A DNA stretch of 64,000 nucleotides, taken from positions 20,248 to 84,247 of the forward strand of contig NIVC01003665.1 of the NCBI GenBank assembly GCA_002269645.1, given 5' to 3'. The notes under the pieces were generated by a model. The model had not been told where the DNA came from. It saw only the letters and a list, made by a program, of their open reading frames with translations, and ran no database searches. The translations under genes and the position numbers were made by a program. Positions 1 to 13,895 of this stretch are shown one piece after another (position 1 is the stretch's first letter; each line of letters begins with the position of its first letter). This stretch comes from Macrostomum lignano. Lineage: Eukaryota.

Positions 1-64
1 ATGTCAGTGTTCCCATTGGAAAGAGAGGTTGACGAGGGGATGGCACTGGAAGGCGTACGCACTG

Positions 65-74
65 GCGCATGCGC
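65..74. promoter_or_regulatory. Palindromic GCGCATGCGC (NRF1/EWG-type motif) in the putative stomatin promoter
   Basis: Exact 10-bp palindrome about 180 nt upstream of the ATG at 257, in GC-rich sequence; motif match only. Confidence 0.3.
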
Positions 75-256
75 TGTGGGTAGAGATTCAACGGGAAAAA
101 AATAGCACCCTCTGCCTTCGTCCCGTTCCCCGCCGCTCCCGCCAACCCCAATCCCGCTTGGAGGCATGCTATTAGAAGACTAGACCAAGGATTAGTACCA
201 ATGAAGAGGGCTGCAGGGGCGGAGAGCAATTCAAGTAGCCGGTCGGTCAGAACCAG

Positions 257-1555
257 ATGGCCAAAGGAGTTAGCTTCAGCTCTGACACTCGCTTCAGATC
301 GAAGCTAGCCCAGAACCCGAACGAGGAGAGCGAAGGCAGCGAGTCTGACGACGAGAGCGAGCCAGACGATTCAGAAGAGGAGGCGGCGGCAGCGGCGGCC
401 GCTGCCGCAGCAGCCGAGAAGCTTCATTCAAAAAAGCAGCAGAAAAAGAAATCGAAGCATAAACCGGACGATCCAGCAAAGAAACACCTTCGATCCTCGT
501 CGCAGCGACATCAGCAGCACAAAGTGCAGCGAAGTTTCTCTCTGGTACCAGAAAGACTTGGCCGCGGCGGCCTTGGCGGTTCGATGCAAACCCAGCGGCA
601 CATGCAAATCTGCGAGGCGGTCATGAAGGTCCTGATCCTCGCTTTGATTGCCGTCACCTTTCCGTTCTCGTTCATCTTCTGTCTGAGAGTGATTGCGCAA
701 TACGAACGGGCTGTCATTCTTCGTTTCGGTCGGATTTTGAGCCCGGAAGCGACCGGGCCGGGCCTCATCTTCACCATGCCCTGCATGGACAGCGTGAAGC
801 GAGTCGACCTCAGAACGATGACGTTCGACGTGCCTACACAGGAGGTTCTGACCAAAGACTCGGTGACTGTGGCCGTAGACGCCGTGGTCTACTATCGGAT
901 ATTCGACCCAGTCATGTCCGTGGTCAACGTTGAAGATTCCAATCGCTCAACGAAGCTGTTAGCGCAGACGACGCTGCGCAACGTTCTCGGCACGGTGAGT
1001 CTGTACGAACTGCTGGCCGGCCGAGACGAATCCGCCATGGTCATGCAGGAGACTCTCGACGCCGCTACAGACACTTGGGGCGTTAAAGTTGAACGCGTCG
1101 AGATCAAGGACGTCAGACTGCCAACGCAGCTTCAACGAGCGATGGCAGCCGAGGCGGAAGCTGCGCGAGAGGCCCGAGCCAAGGTCATCGCGGCCGAAGG
1201 CGAGGAGAAAGCCAGCAAAGCGTTGAAAGCCGCCGCTATTGAGCTGTCCGAATGCAACGTTGCCCTGCAGCTGCGCTACCTGCAGACTCTGAGCAGCATC
1301 TCGGCTGAGAAGAATTCCACAATCATCTTCCCGCTACCGATTGAGCTATTGAAGTACTTTCAACAGCAGTCTGCGGACATTGGCGAACCGGATGAATTTG
1401 TCGGGCAGGGCGACGAGCCGAAGCCTGGAGGTCCTGACGACGCGGAAACTGGGGCATCAGCCGACAACCAGAAACTGCCGCCCCCTCCGTCCTATCCGAC
1501 AATGAGTCGAGGCCCAGATAGCGGCTCCAAGACCAGCTTCGGGTCCGGCTGTTGA
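257..1555 (+). CDS. STOM: Stomatin/band-7 (SPFH) family protein, MEC-2-like, single exon, 432 aa
   Basis: Hydrophobic hairpin with conserved Pro (VTFPFSFIFC), then YERAVILRFGR, GPGLIFTMPC, VDLRT..FDVP.QEVLTKDSVTVAVDAVVYYRI, LAQTTLRNVLGT, WGVKVERVEIKDVRLP, RAMAAEAEAAREARAKVIAAEGE, ALQLRYLQTL..ISAEKNSTIIFPLP. Symbol is family-level; orthology not resolved. Confidence 0.95.
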   Translation: MAKGVSFSSDTRFRSKLAQNPNEESEGSESDDESEPDDSEEEAAAAAAAAAAAEKLHSKKQQKKKSKHKPDDPAKKHLRSSSQRHQQHKVQRSFSLVPERLGRGGLGGSMQTQRHMQICEAVMKVLILALIAVTFPFSFIFCLRVIAQYERAVILRFGRILSPEATGPGLIFTMPCMDSVKRVDLRTMTFDVPTQEVLTKDSVTVAVDAVVYYRIFDPVMSVVNVEDSNRSTKLLAQTTLRNVLGTVSLYELLAGRDESAMVMQETLDAATDTWGVKVERVEIKDVRLPTQLQRAMAAEAEAAREARAKVIAAEGEEKASKALKAAAIELSECNVALQLRYLQTLSSISAEKNSTIIFPLPIELLKYFQQQSADIGEPDEFVGQGDEPKPGGPDDAETGASADNQKLPPPPSYPTMSRGPDSGSKTSFGSGC

Positions 1556-1906
1556 AGGTCGTTGCGATCAACTGTCGAACAAACTTTGACAACGTTTGTA
1601 GCAGAGACACTGGGAGCGTTCTTCATCTCTGAGTCTCTCTTCATGTGCGATTATTTTCCCAGAGGCATCGAACCGCATCAACGTGTATTTTTGTATTGTT
1701 CTATCGCATCTATTATCTGGGTTAATGTAGCTTTTTACAGCATAGTTAGGCCACAGTTCTGTGGTTAGGCCGGCACCATAGATGGAGAATTGAATTTGTC
1801 TATGGTTAAAATGTCCTTGGTCGCAATGACAGACTTTGCGAGCGCGTCTGCTTGGATTAAATTCAGTGTAACTGTATCTTTATGATCGTGTTTTATTCTC
1901 TTTTAA

Positions 1907-1912
1907 AATAAA
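1907..1912 (+). other. Candidate polyadenylation signal of the stomatin gene
   Basis: AATAAA 352 nt after the stop, in T-rich 3'UTR-like sequence. Confidence 0.35.
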
Positions 1913-2963
1913 TTTACGTCTATTTGGCATATTACGAGTATTTGATGTGTCCAGTTGAATTCTCGTCAGTCTGTACTTTCTCAGCTCTGCTCTGCGTGAA
2001 ATTGGCCTAATAATTCGGCATTGAATTAATTTTATTTCCATTGTCTAATGCTTATCGACTCGTCTAATTTCACCACGCGATAAAAAAATAAATTTCCAGC
2101 GCCTATACTCCTGCATAGCTATTCGATTCGTCTGTAAAAAACCTGTATTATTAAACCATTCGCGTTATTTTTAACAAAATACTTATATCAATATAAGTTA
2201 TACCTACTATACATTTACAACAGATAGCATTATTGTTAATTATGTATCCAAACTAGACACGCAATATACAATAAACGCAAGATGAAAAATGCACACATGA
2301 TTTATAGACGAATCTTCTTGGTGTTTGACTGCACTAGCATCACTTTTCATAGAAAACTGGAGTAGAGGGGCGCTGTGCTCCAGTTTCTTGGAGAAAACTT
2401 GAGGCCAGTAAGGTTATGCATATTTTTCTATTATCTACGTAAATTTTCTTAGAAATTAGCTCTGTTCCAAACTGGCCTTCAGCTTTTTTTCTAATAAAAT
2501 CAAGTCTAGCATCATTCTACTTCAGTTGTTCATCCATCTCTCTGAACTAGAGTTCCGGTAAGCATGGGTTGATTGACTGTTCATTCTAAAAATAGATCTC
2601 TCTATAGCCTCTTTTGTCTTCGCAGTGTCGCCGTTCCCAACCATTGTGCCTCATGCAGTTCTTCCCCTTTCGCCATCATCTATTTCCAACTCTCTAGTGC
2701 TCTACACAATCTACCCCTGGCAGAGTGAAGTCAGAGAAGAATAAAAGAGGAAAGTTGTTCAGTAGAGAGAGGGAGCGGGAAGAAGCTTTCCCGTCCTCAT
2801 TTTATTGATTGCTTCGATTGCAGTCACCTGACGCGCTGTTCTGAAAGGCTCTGAGTTGGGTGGAGTAAAACCCATAGTGCTTCTTTACATTTGGTTGCTT
2901 TTGTTCTGGGTTCATGACTTGAGCCTGTTTTTAGCTGCTTCCGTATCAAAATACGTACATAGA

Positions 2964-3599
2964 GTGTCAGAGCCATCTCTTTGGGTGTCAGGGCATCTCT
3001 TTGGGTGTCAGGGCATCTCTTTGGGTGTCAGGGCATCTCTTTGGGTGTCAGGGCATCTCTTTGGGTGTCAGGGCATCTCTTTGAGTATCAGAGCCATCTC
3101 TTTGGGTGTCAGGGCATCTCTTTGGGTGTCAGGGCATCTCTTTGAATGTCAGAGGCATCTCTTTGGGTGTCAGGGCATCTCTTTGGGTGTCAGGGCATCT
3201 CTTTGGGTGTCAGGGCATCTCTTTGGGTGTCAGAAGCATCGCTTTGGGTGTCAGGGCATCTCTTTGGGTGTCGGAAGCATCGCTTTGGGTGTCAGGGCAT
3301 CTCTTTGGGTGTCAGGGCATCTCTTTGGGTGTCAGGGCATCTCTTTGGGTGTCAGGGCATCTCTTTGGGTGTCAGGGCATCTCTTTGGGTGTCAGGGCAT
3401 CTCTTTGGGTGTCAGGGCATCTCTTTGGGTGTCAGGGCCATCTCTTTGGGTGTCAGGGCATCTCTTTGGGTGTCAGGGCATCTCTTTGGGTGTCAGGGCA
3501 TCTCTTTGGGTGTCAGAAGCATCGCTTTGAATGTCAGAAGCATCGCTTTGAATTTCAGAAGCATCGCTTTGAATGTCAGAAGCGTCGCTTTGAATGTCA
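2964..3599. repeat. Minisatellite, 20-bp unit CTTTGGGTGTCAGGGCATCT
   Basis: About 30 tandem copies, degenerate right end; source of ORFs 2856..3642. Confidence 0.95.
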
Positions 3600-4224
3600 A
3601 GGAGTGAGTTTAAGGAGGGAATCAGGAGCCGTATACACTTAGGACTGCTACCTAAATGAAGCCCTTCCTCCCAGAATCCCTTAAAAATCCATCCTTGGTC
3701 TGCATTGTCTATTGCAACTGGCAAAACATCTAAAAAATATGATAGCATTTATGAATAAATATCTGTGTTTATTACCCCAAAACTGAACAGCTTAATGTAA
3801 TGGTTGCAGCCTTAGTCTGCATACAATGCTTGCATCAAATGCAGATTCAATAGCATCAACCAGGATCAACTGCATGCCTCATAAACTGAATAGCGCAACC
3901 TGGGGATATGGGCAGCTTTAATAATTAATGACTGCCAAACCGACCCCATGCAAGTTGAGCGTCCGCTGCCTTCAACCAGCCAGACCAGTTGACTAACTTT
4001 AATTTCAACTCACTCCTGTTCCAAAGGTTGCTTCGATGCAGAAGGGTTGCTTGGTAAGGTTTCACTGATTCCACTGCGTTGCTTATTACTCGTAAATTCG
4101 ATATAGGAAAAAGGCAATTCAAGTCTAGTTTAGTTTCTGTCCACGTTAAATTTCAGTTAAACCGGTGCACTTTACTGATCTTGGGCTAAATTTAGGCAAA
4201 AAATACAGATTTCTCTGTTCACTC

Positions 4225-5665
<1,441 letters not shown>

Positions 5666-6269
5666 TGAGCATGAGATTCATTCCTTCGTGCAGATTGAAG
5701 CATAGAAATTTTAGCTATGCAGTTTCCACACCGGAAAGTGTAAAAAAAGTTGAACAGGCTTGCAGACACGCTGAGGTTTCCTTAGCGACCATCAATCACA
5801 GCAAGTCCACTCCTCCGCTATCGAAAATAACATGATTGAATCGCGTGTGCGTCAGGATTGAACCTTTAGCTAAGAAATTTTACCGCATTTGCTACGGGTG
5901 TGCTTCAAGGGGATTTAGAAAGATGTGTCTGCTCCATCATTCTCCCAGGCTTCTAAAGAATTGTTGCTAGGCCGTTAGAAAATCCCTTTAAAGTCCTTCA
6001 AATATTATTCAGGGAAGGGTATTGCGGATTGAGAGCAGATGTCCCTCAGACAGCTTTGCTGCATTCCTACTGAAATTCGAGACATCTTTTCGGACTTTGC
6101 CTTTTCACTGCGTGTCTGAAAACTTTCCATGGATTTTATTTGATTTCTTGGCATACATTTTTGCTTCCTGTTAGGGAGTAGGAAGTAGGAATGAAGGTAT
6201 AGAAAGGTCACTGCCTCAGCCTCTACCAATATTGCGAAAAAATTAGATAAATTCGTAAGATATTTTTGG

Positions 6270-6319
6270 GGTAGGTAAATAGATAGATAGGTAGGTAGGT
6301 AGGTAGATAGATAGGTAGG

Positions 6320-6386
<67 letters not shown>

Positions 6387-6680
6387 GTAGGTAGGTAGTT
6401 AGGTAGGTAGGTAGGTAGGTAGGTAGGTAGGTAGGTAGGTAGGTAGGTAGGTAGGTAGGTAGGTAGATAGGTAGATAGGTAGATAAATAGGTAGACAGGT
6501 GCTCGTAGGTAGGTAGATAGATAGGTAGGTGGATAGGTAGATAGATAGATAGGTAGTCAGGTAGGTAGATATGTAGATAGGTAAGTGGATAAGTAGGTAG
6601 GTAGGTAGGTATGTAGGTAGGTAAGTAGGTAGGTAGATAGGTAGGTAGCAGTTAGGTACGAGTTAGGGTAGGTTGGTAGG
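6270..6680. repeat. Compound (GGTA)n/(GATA)n microsatellite
   Basis: Direct inspection. Confidence 0.93.
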
Positions 6681-7480
6681 AGAGCAGACAAAGTAGGCAA
6701 CGAACCTTCTTGGTGCGCCTCATCCCTAATGCCGGGATGGTGTGGAGACTCTGCATTGGTGAGAAAATCCAGCTAGGAGATAATCAGTCATGAGAAGGCA
6801 AATCCAGAACCTTTCCGGTCTCCCGAATCCCCATCCCTTAAGCCAACTGTTTCCCTTGAAAATGCGACGAAAGATCATCCATTTTTATCTGCCGAAAGCG
6901 GAGCAGGAGAAGAGAAGTCAGGCAGCGTGGCCAGGGGGACACCCAGAGAGATACGCTAGTAGAAGGCTGTCATTTAAATCGATCACCCCGGCAACCCCAC
7001 CTCAAACCAACCCCAATGCCAGTCGCTAGAGTGAGAAAGATGAGGCTAAGGAAAGGGGGATTCGAGCCTGGCTGGAGGGGAAGCCGCACGAGCGAACGAG
7101 CCGGGGCAGACGCTGGGCCATGGCGGGCGGTTACCATGGCTTATTAAAGAAAATCAATTTTATATCTCCGTCGACTGCTTGCTCAGTAGTAGCGGCAGCA
7201 GGCAGTCAGTCAGCCAGACCTTTCCAAACTGAAGTAAAAAATGAAGTCTTGCCGATCAATCTTTCGACCTTTAATTATTAGTTGGATAGATTAAAGTAAA
7301 CAAATGATTATGGGGGGGGCGGTGGGTTGCTTGGTAATTGAGTCATGAGTACAGTTTATAAAATAAATATATCAAATGGGGCAGGTCTGATAAGAAGAGA
7401 GAGCTTGAGTAAGAGATAATGGGAGGGAGGGGAGGAAGTAGATGGGAGGAAGTAGATGAGAACTATGAGAGGGAGGCAGT

Positions 7481-7484
7481 GAGT

Positions 7485-7554
<70 letters not shown>

Positions 7555-8822
7555 GAGAGAGAGGACACAGATGAGAGAGAGGGAGACCGATGAGAGAGAG
7601 GGAGACAGGTGAGAGAGAGAGAGGGAGACAGATGAGAGAGGGGGAGACAGATGAGAGAAAGAGAGGGAGACCGATGAGAGAGAGGGAGACCGATGAGAGA
7701 GAGGGAGACTGATGAGAGAGAGGGAGACAGATGAGAGAGAGGGAGGCAGATGAGAGAGAGGGAGACTGATGAGAGAGAGGGAGACAGATGAGAGAGGGGG
7801 AGGAAGATGAGAGAGAGAGGGAGACAGGTGAGAGAGAGAGGGAGACAGATGAGAGAGAGGGAGGAAGATGAGAGAGAGAGAGGGAGACATATGAGAGAGA
7901 GGGAGACAGATGAGAGAGAGGGAGACAGGTGAGAGAGAGGGAGACATATGAGAGAGGGGGAGGAAGATGAGAGAGAGGGAGACAGGTGAGAGAGAGAGAG
8001 GGAGACAGATGAGAGAGGGGGAGACAGATGAGAGAGAGGGAGACCGATGAGAGAGAGGGAGACCGATGAGAGAGAGGGAGACCGATGAGAGAGAGGGAGA
8101 CAGATGAGAGAGAGGGAGGCAGATGAGAGAGAGGGAGACAGATGAGAGAGAGGGAGACAGGTGAGAGAGAGAGGGAGACAGATGAGAGAGGGAGGAAGAT
8201 GAGAGAGAGAGAGGGAGACATATGAGAGAGAGGGAGACAGATGAGAGAGAGGGAGACAGGTGAGAGAGAGGGAGACATATGAGAGAGAGGGAGGAAGATG
8301 AGAGAGGGGGAGACAGGTGAGAGAGAGAGGGAGACAGATGAGAGAGAGGGAGGAAGATGAGAGAGAGGGAGACAGGTGAGAGAGAGAGGGAGACAGATGA
8401 GAGAGAGGGAGGAAGATGAGAGAGAGGGAGACAGATGAGAGAGAGGGAGGAAGATGAGAGAGAGGGAGACAGGTGAGAGAGAGAGAGGGGGAGACAGATG
8501 AGAGAGAGAGGGAGACAGATGAGAGAGAGAGGGAGACAGATGAGAGAGAGAGAGGGAGACAGATGAGAGAGAGGGAGACAGGTGAGAGAGAGGGAGACAG
8601 ATGAGAGAGAGGGAGACAGATGAGAGAGAGGGAGGCAGGTGAGAGAGAGAGGGAGACAGATGAGAGAGAGGGAGGAAGATGAGAGAGAGGGAGACAGATG
8701 AGAGAGAGGGAGGAAGATGAGAGAGAGGGAGACAGGTGAGAGAGAGAGAGGGGGAGACAGATGAGAGAGAGGGAGACAGATGAGAGAGAGGGAGGCAGAT
8801 GAGAGAGAGGGAGGCAGATGAG
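7481..8822. repeat. Polypurine minisatellite, about 21-23-bp unit GAGGGAGACAGATGAGAGAGA, preceded by (GA)n
   Basis: Direct inspection; source of the 516-520 aa minus-strand ORFs. Confidence 0.95.
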
Positions 8823-9912
8823 AATGCCAGAGAAGTACGGTAGCAAAGTGAGCTTGTGAAGCATTGACTTGAGCAGGGGATCCGACATTTGTTCCCCTGC
8901 ATCTGAGCTGCGCCCCACCCACTAAAGAAAGAAGTCGCCCTCAAGCAACAGCTGTCCCAAGCAACTGTAAAAGTTGGTAACCGGATCTCCTGCATTCCCC
9001 CCTCCTCAGCCAGTTGCATTCCAAGTTCTCAAGGTCATAAATACCTAGTCAAGCCTGTTTTTTTCTAGTAACCTTTTTCTGACTCAAATTTTTCTTGCCA
9101 AAGCTTTTAAAATTGCTTTTGAGGCCGCTGAGCTTCACTTCTAGGAGTAAACAGCAACCCAGCAATGCAGAAATGCAGCTACCCCTTTTCTATCATTCCT
9201 CAAAGCAGACTCAAAGCTATTTTTTCTTTTAATCTGTAGCTCTGTGTCTCTATATAAGGGGTATATAACGGTATATAAGGGGTCGAAAATGAAATTAATA
9301 CCTGAGACTGAAAATGGCTTGTGAATTATAAATTAATTGAGAGTAGATTAATAAGAAGGAGTGAGAAATAGCAGAGAAGTTGAGAGAGATAGAGAGAAAT
9401 AGAAGAGAGGTAGAGAGGGATAGAGAATGAGAAATAAAAGAGAGGAAAAGAGAGATAGAGGGTGAGAAGTACGTATAAGAAAGTAGAGAGAAAAAGTGAG
9501 ACTATTGGAGAAAACAGACCTCTCCGAAGCCCTAATTCAGAGAACAAGAAGTAAAATTAATTATTCGCAGGTAAGTTCTTAGCTTCAAGCAGTTCTCGAT
9601 AATTATTTACTTTTACCTTCCCTTCCATTCCCGTGTTGGCCTTTAGTTAACAGCACCATTTGGGTTTATTTATAATGCATACCTTTGAAGTTGATGTAGA
9701 TCAAATACGGACACTGACGCTTGCTTCTTCGAATTGTTGCTAGGAGCTTGGAGGAAATTCTGTGACTGAAAAATTTCCTGCTGCAAATTTAGCTGCGGAA
9801 TGGAGTCAACAGCTGACCTGCAATAAATCTTATTCGTACGAGGGCTGAAATTTCAGGTTACATAGATTGCATCAGATAGGACCTTCCTAGATCCTAGCGG
9901 AATTGCACGGGA

Positions 9913-10401
9913 GTCACGTGACCTCCCTAAGTCCTTTTGTAATTTAGCGGGGGTCATGTGACCACCTGAAATTCTTTTAAAGTCAAACCTAGGTCACCGG
10001 ATCACTCTGAATCCTCTCGAGATAAAAACCAAATAGGGGTCATGTGACCTCCCCTAAAACTATCGAAATCAAGCAGGGTCATATGACCACCCGAATTCTT
10101 TTTCGAATAACAATAAAGGTTATGTTACCTCTAAAATTTTCAATTGGCATCCGGCAGGGGTCACGTGACCACCTAAAATATATAATCAACAGTAATCACG
10201 TGAGTGACCTGTTTGAATCTTATTGATAGTAAAGAGGAGTCACGTGACCCCCCAACAATACATAATCAACAGTGATCACGTGACCTATTTGAATCCTATT
10301 GATAGTAAACAAGAGTCACGTGACCACCCAAAAAAACCATAATCAACAGTGATCACGTGACATCCTTGAATGCTATTGACAGTAAACAGGGGTCACTTGA
10401 C
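9913..10401. repeat. Degenerate array of 13 GTCACGTGAC-like palindromes at about 40-bp spacing
   Basis: Cores start at 9913, 9953, 9993, 10039, 10078, 10119, 10160, 10195, 10239, 10275, 10315, 10352, 10392. Confidence 0.85.
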
Positions 10402-11021
10402 CAACCTAGACCCCCTGAAAGACACGCACTTCCAGTCTCATATGAGAACTTTCTGTGCACAGAATCAGAGCAGTCCAGTGAGGCCCAGCTTACATGCAGC
10501 CAACGGAAAATGTCCGTCACTCACACCAGTGTCCCTGACCCTCAGCCACCGGCCTTCCTGCCCTCCCCCGCCACCCCTGAGTGTTCGCCGTCCGCACAGC
10601 AGCAGCTGCAGTGGGGGGGGGAGGCAGAGCGGAGCGGCAGCTTCAAGTGGGGCGGCAACTCCGGCACCCCCCAACCCAGGCTCGCTGGGCTTCCACCGAG
10701 GGCGTCAACCGAGACAGGCAGATGTGCGCAATATTCTCCCAGGCTGTCTCTCCTCGCCCCGGCAGAATTCCCAGCAACTGGGAGCCGCCCCCGAAGCCAG
10801 AACAGATTCCAAGTGGCGGAGAAGAGAAATAGCGGGGTTGCGCACAGGCCATGGCTGGTAATTATACCGCTGCAGCTGGCCAAGTCTGTGCCAAAGTGTA
10901 ACCCAACCCTTGGGCCTGCCTGTGGCCCACTGACTGGCGGACTCACATTGCTGGGGCTGCAGAAGTCACCGGTAAATATTGGGAAAATAAAAGAGTGCTT
11001 GAATACGGAGGCTGCAGAGAT

Positions 11022-11620
<599 letters not shown>

Positions 11621-11969
11621 GACAGGCAGGCAGATGCAGAGGCAGATGCTGAGCAGCTGTATCAACACACCGAACGGCCCAGTCGTTATTTACCCACGCC
11701 GCCAAGCCGGCTAGGAGAGCAAATAGAAATTGGGTTTGCCAGTTGTAACGCAGAAGCTGCGTTAGTTGAAGAAGAACTGCCACAATTATCTTGTCGCCAG
11801 CCTTGTGAATTTTCTTTCACTTTAGAAATCTTTTCTTATTAGTATTCCAGTTGCTGGCGAACTTGTTTAACTGGGCTATTCCCGGGTTCATATCGTACCG
11901 TTTGCAGAAAATGACTAAAAGAGAAGGTGAGATAATTGAAAGCCAAATAAATGTGATGAAGTGTAAAGG

Positions 11970-12290
11970 TTGAGGTGGAGAGTGGGATAGAAAGTGAGAG
12001 ATCGATTGAGAGGGAGAGAGATAGAGAGGGAGAGGGAGATAGAGAGGGAGATAGAGATGGAGAGGGAGAGCAAGTGAGAGATAGGGAGGGAGAATGAAGA
12101 GAGCAGGAAGAGTAGAAGTAGACAGAGAAAAGAAGACAGAGAAGGAGAGAGATGGGAAGAGAGGAGAGTGAAGGTAGGAGAGGGAAAATTGAAACGAGAG
12201 AAAAGAAGGCTGAAGGACAGGAGAGGTTAAAGAAAAAAGAAGAAATCGATTCACTGAAAGCAGAGAATCAGCAAGGATCAGCCTGGAACA
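11970..12290. repeat. Purine-rich (GA) low-complexity tract
   Basis: Direct inspection. Confidence 0.7.
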
Positions 12291-13261
12291 GAGAACACAG
12301 CTAGTGCTAAAGGGTTTTTGAAACCACTTTACTTGGCTCTTTTTTCTTTGTAAAAAATCAAATACACCTGTCAATTACGAATGCCACATCATAAATTTCA
12401 CTGACCCGCTATTGACGGGACTCAAGACCTCGAACTCGATGTTTTCTGCGTCAGGAAATTTTCTCAAAAGCTACACAATCATGTCCGTCTTATGGTTGCT
12501 GCTTTTCTGAAGCCGAACAAGCGCCAATCTTGAACACCGGGAAAATTTTGTTTGAAGGAGTCTGTCAAACGCTCACGGTCGCTTGGGTCTTTCTTTGACC
12601 GTCTTTTCAGGCAGAATGCTTCGAGACTAGCTAATTAGTCTCTCCCGGGAGAGTTTCAGACAGAGGATTTTCCTAGAAAAAATGGAATTACGAGTAATAT
12701 CTGAGCGGCTTAAAAGGTACTTATTAATTGATGAGTCACCTCCTGTTTGCAGAAGGTCCTGAGACTCTGAAATATTTGTAACCTTTATTTAGTCACCATT
12801 TTGCTGCTAATTGCTGCTTTTTGCTGATGCAAAACAACTTCATCTCCTTGCTGAGTAGTTGGTGCCTTATCATGGCGCTACTCCGGGTTCAAATTAATGT
12901 GGCGCCTTCTGGTGTATTTTTGGCGTCATCTCGCGTTTTTTTACTCCCCATTAGTTGCAGTTTTGTACTTTTATATGCACTTTTAGCTCCGCTTTATGGC
13001 GTTTTCCTGAATAGTTTAGTCATAGTTGGATTCATATTTCTAAACTGATTAATGACTTTTTCTCGCTTGATTACACCCTGTGCCAATTTTTTGCTTGACT
13101 AAGAATTACTAAGCATGAATGCCACTGAATTGATTAATAATGCCCATTTTTGATTGACACTAGCAGTGTTTAAATGAGAATTACCTGCTTTAACTTGCTT
13201 AGAAATAATTTTAGTCAAACAGGCCATTACTTAGTTAGAATTTACACGCTTCTTTAAAAGA

Positions 13262-13895
13262 AAAGGGGGCAAACGTGTGAGGGGTTAGCGGTTTGGGGTG
13301 GCGGGAGTACCCTTATCTGCCTCACTCTGTGGGGGTGGGGGCAAGCGTGTAAGGGGTTTGTGGTTTGGGGTGGCGGGCGTACCATTATCTGCCTTTCGCT
13401 GTGGGGGTGGGGGGGGGCACGCATGTGAGGGGTGGGGGGGGCACGCATGCGAGGGGTTAGCGGTTTGGGGTGGCGAGAGTACCCTTATCTCCTCACTCTG
13501 TGGGGGTGGGGGGCAAGCGTGTAAGGGGTTTGTGGTTTGGGGTGGCGGGCGTACCCTTATCTCCTCACTCTGTGGGGGTTGGGGGCACGCATGTGAGGGG
13601 TTTGTGGTTTGGGGTGGCGGGCGTACCCTTATCTCCTCACTCTGTGGAGGTGGGGGGCACGCATGTGAGGGGTTTGTGGTTTGGGGTGGCGGGCGTACCC
13701 TTATCTCCTCACTCTGTGGAGGTGGGGGGCACGCATGTGAGGGGTTTGTGGTTTGGGGTGGCGGGCGTAGCCTTATCTCCTCACTCTGTGGAGGTGGGGG
13801 CAAACGTGTAAGGGGTTTGTGGTTTGGGGTGGCGGGCGTACCCTTATTTGCCTCTCGCTGTGGGGGTGGAGGGCACGCATGTGAGGGGTTTGTGG
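13262..13895. repeat. G-rich minisatellite, 72-bp unit
   Basis: GGGGTGGC recurs at 13611 and 13683; 24-aa periodicity in the overlapping ORFs. Confidence 0.93.

Noticed and set aside
5845-5900. B-box-like GGTTCAATCC on the minus strand as a tRNA gene
   Set aside because: No cloverleaf stems could be formed and the A-box match is poor.
9913-10401. CRISPR-like appearance (palindromic repeat with variable spacers of about 30 bp)
   Set aside because: The conserved part is only about 10 bp and degenerate, right-hand spacers are copies of each other, there are no cas genes and the context is a spliced eukaryotic locus.
12400-13250. Possible decayed transposon fragments in unique-looking intergenic and intronic stretches (also about 2300-2800, 15900-16600, 46200-49900, 51800-53000, 57000-57900)
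   Set aside because: No transposase, RT or integrase motif, terminal repeat or target-site duplication was recognisable by eye; a repeat-library search is needed.
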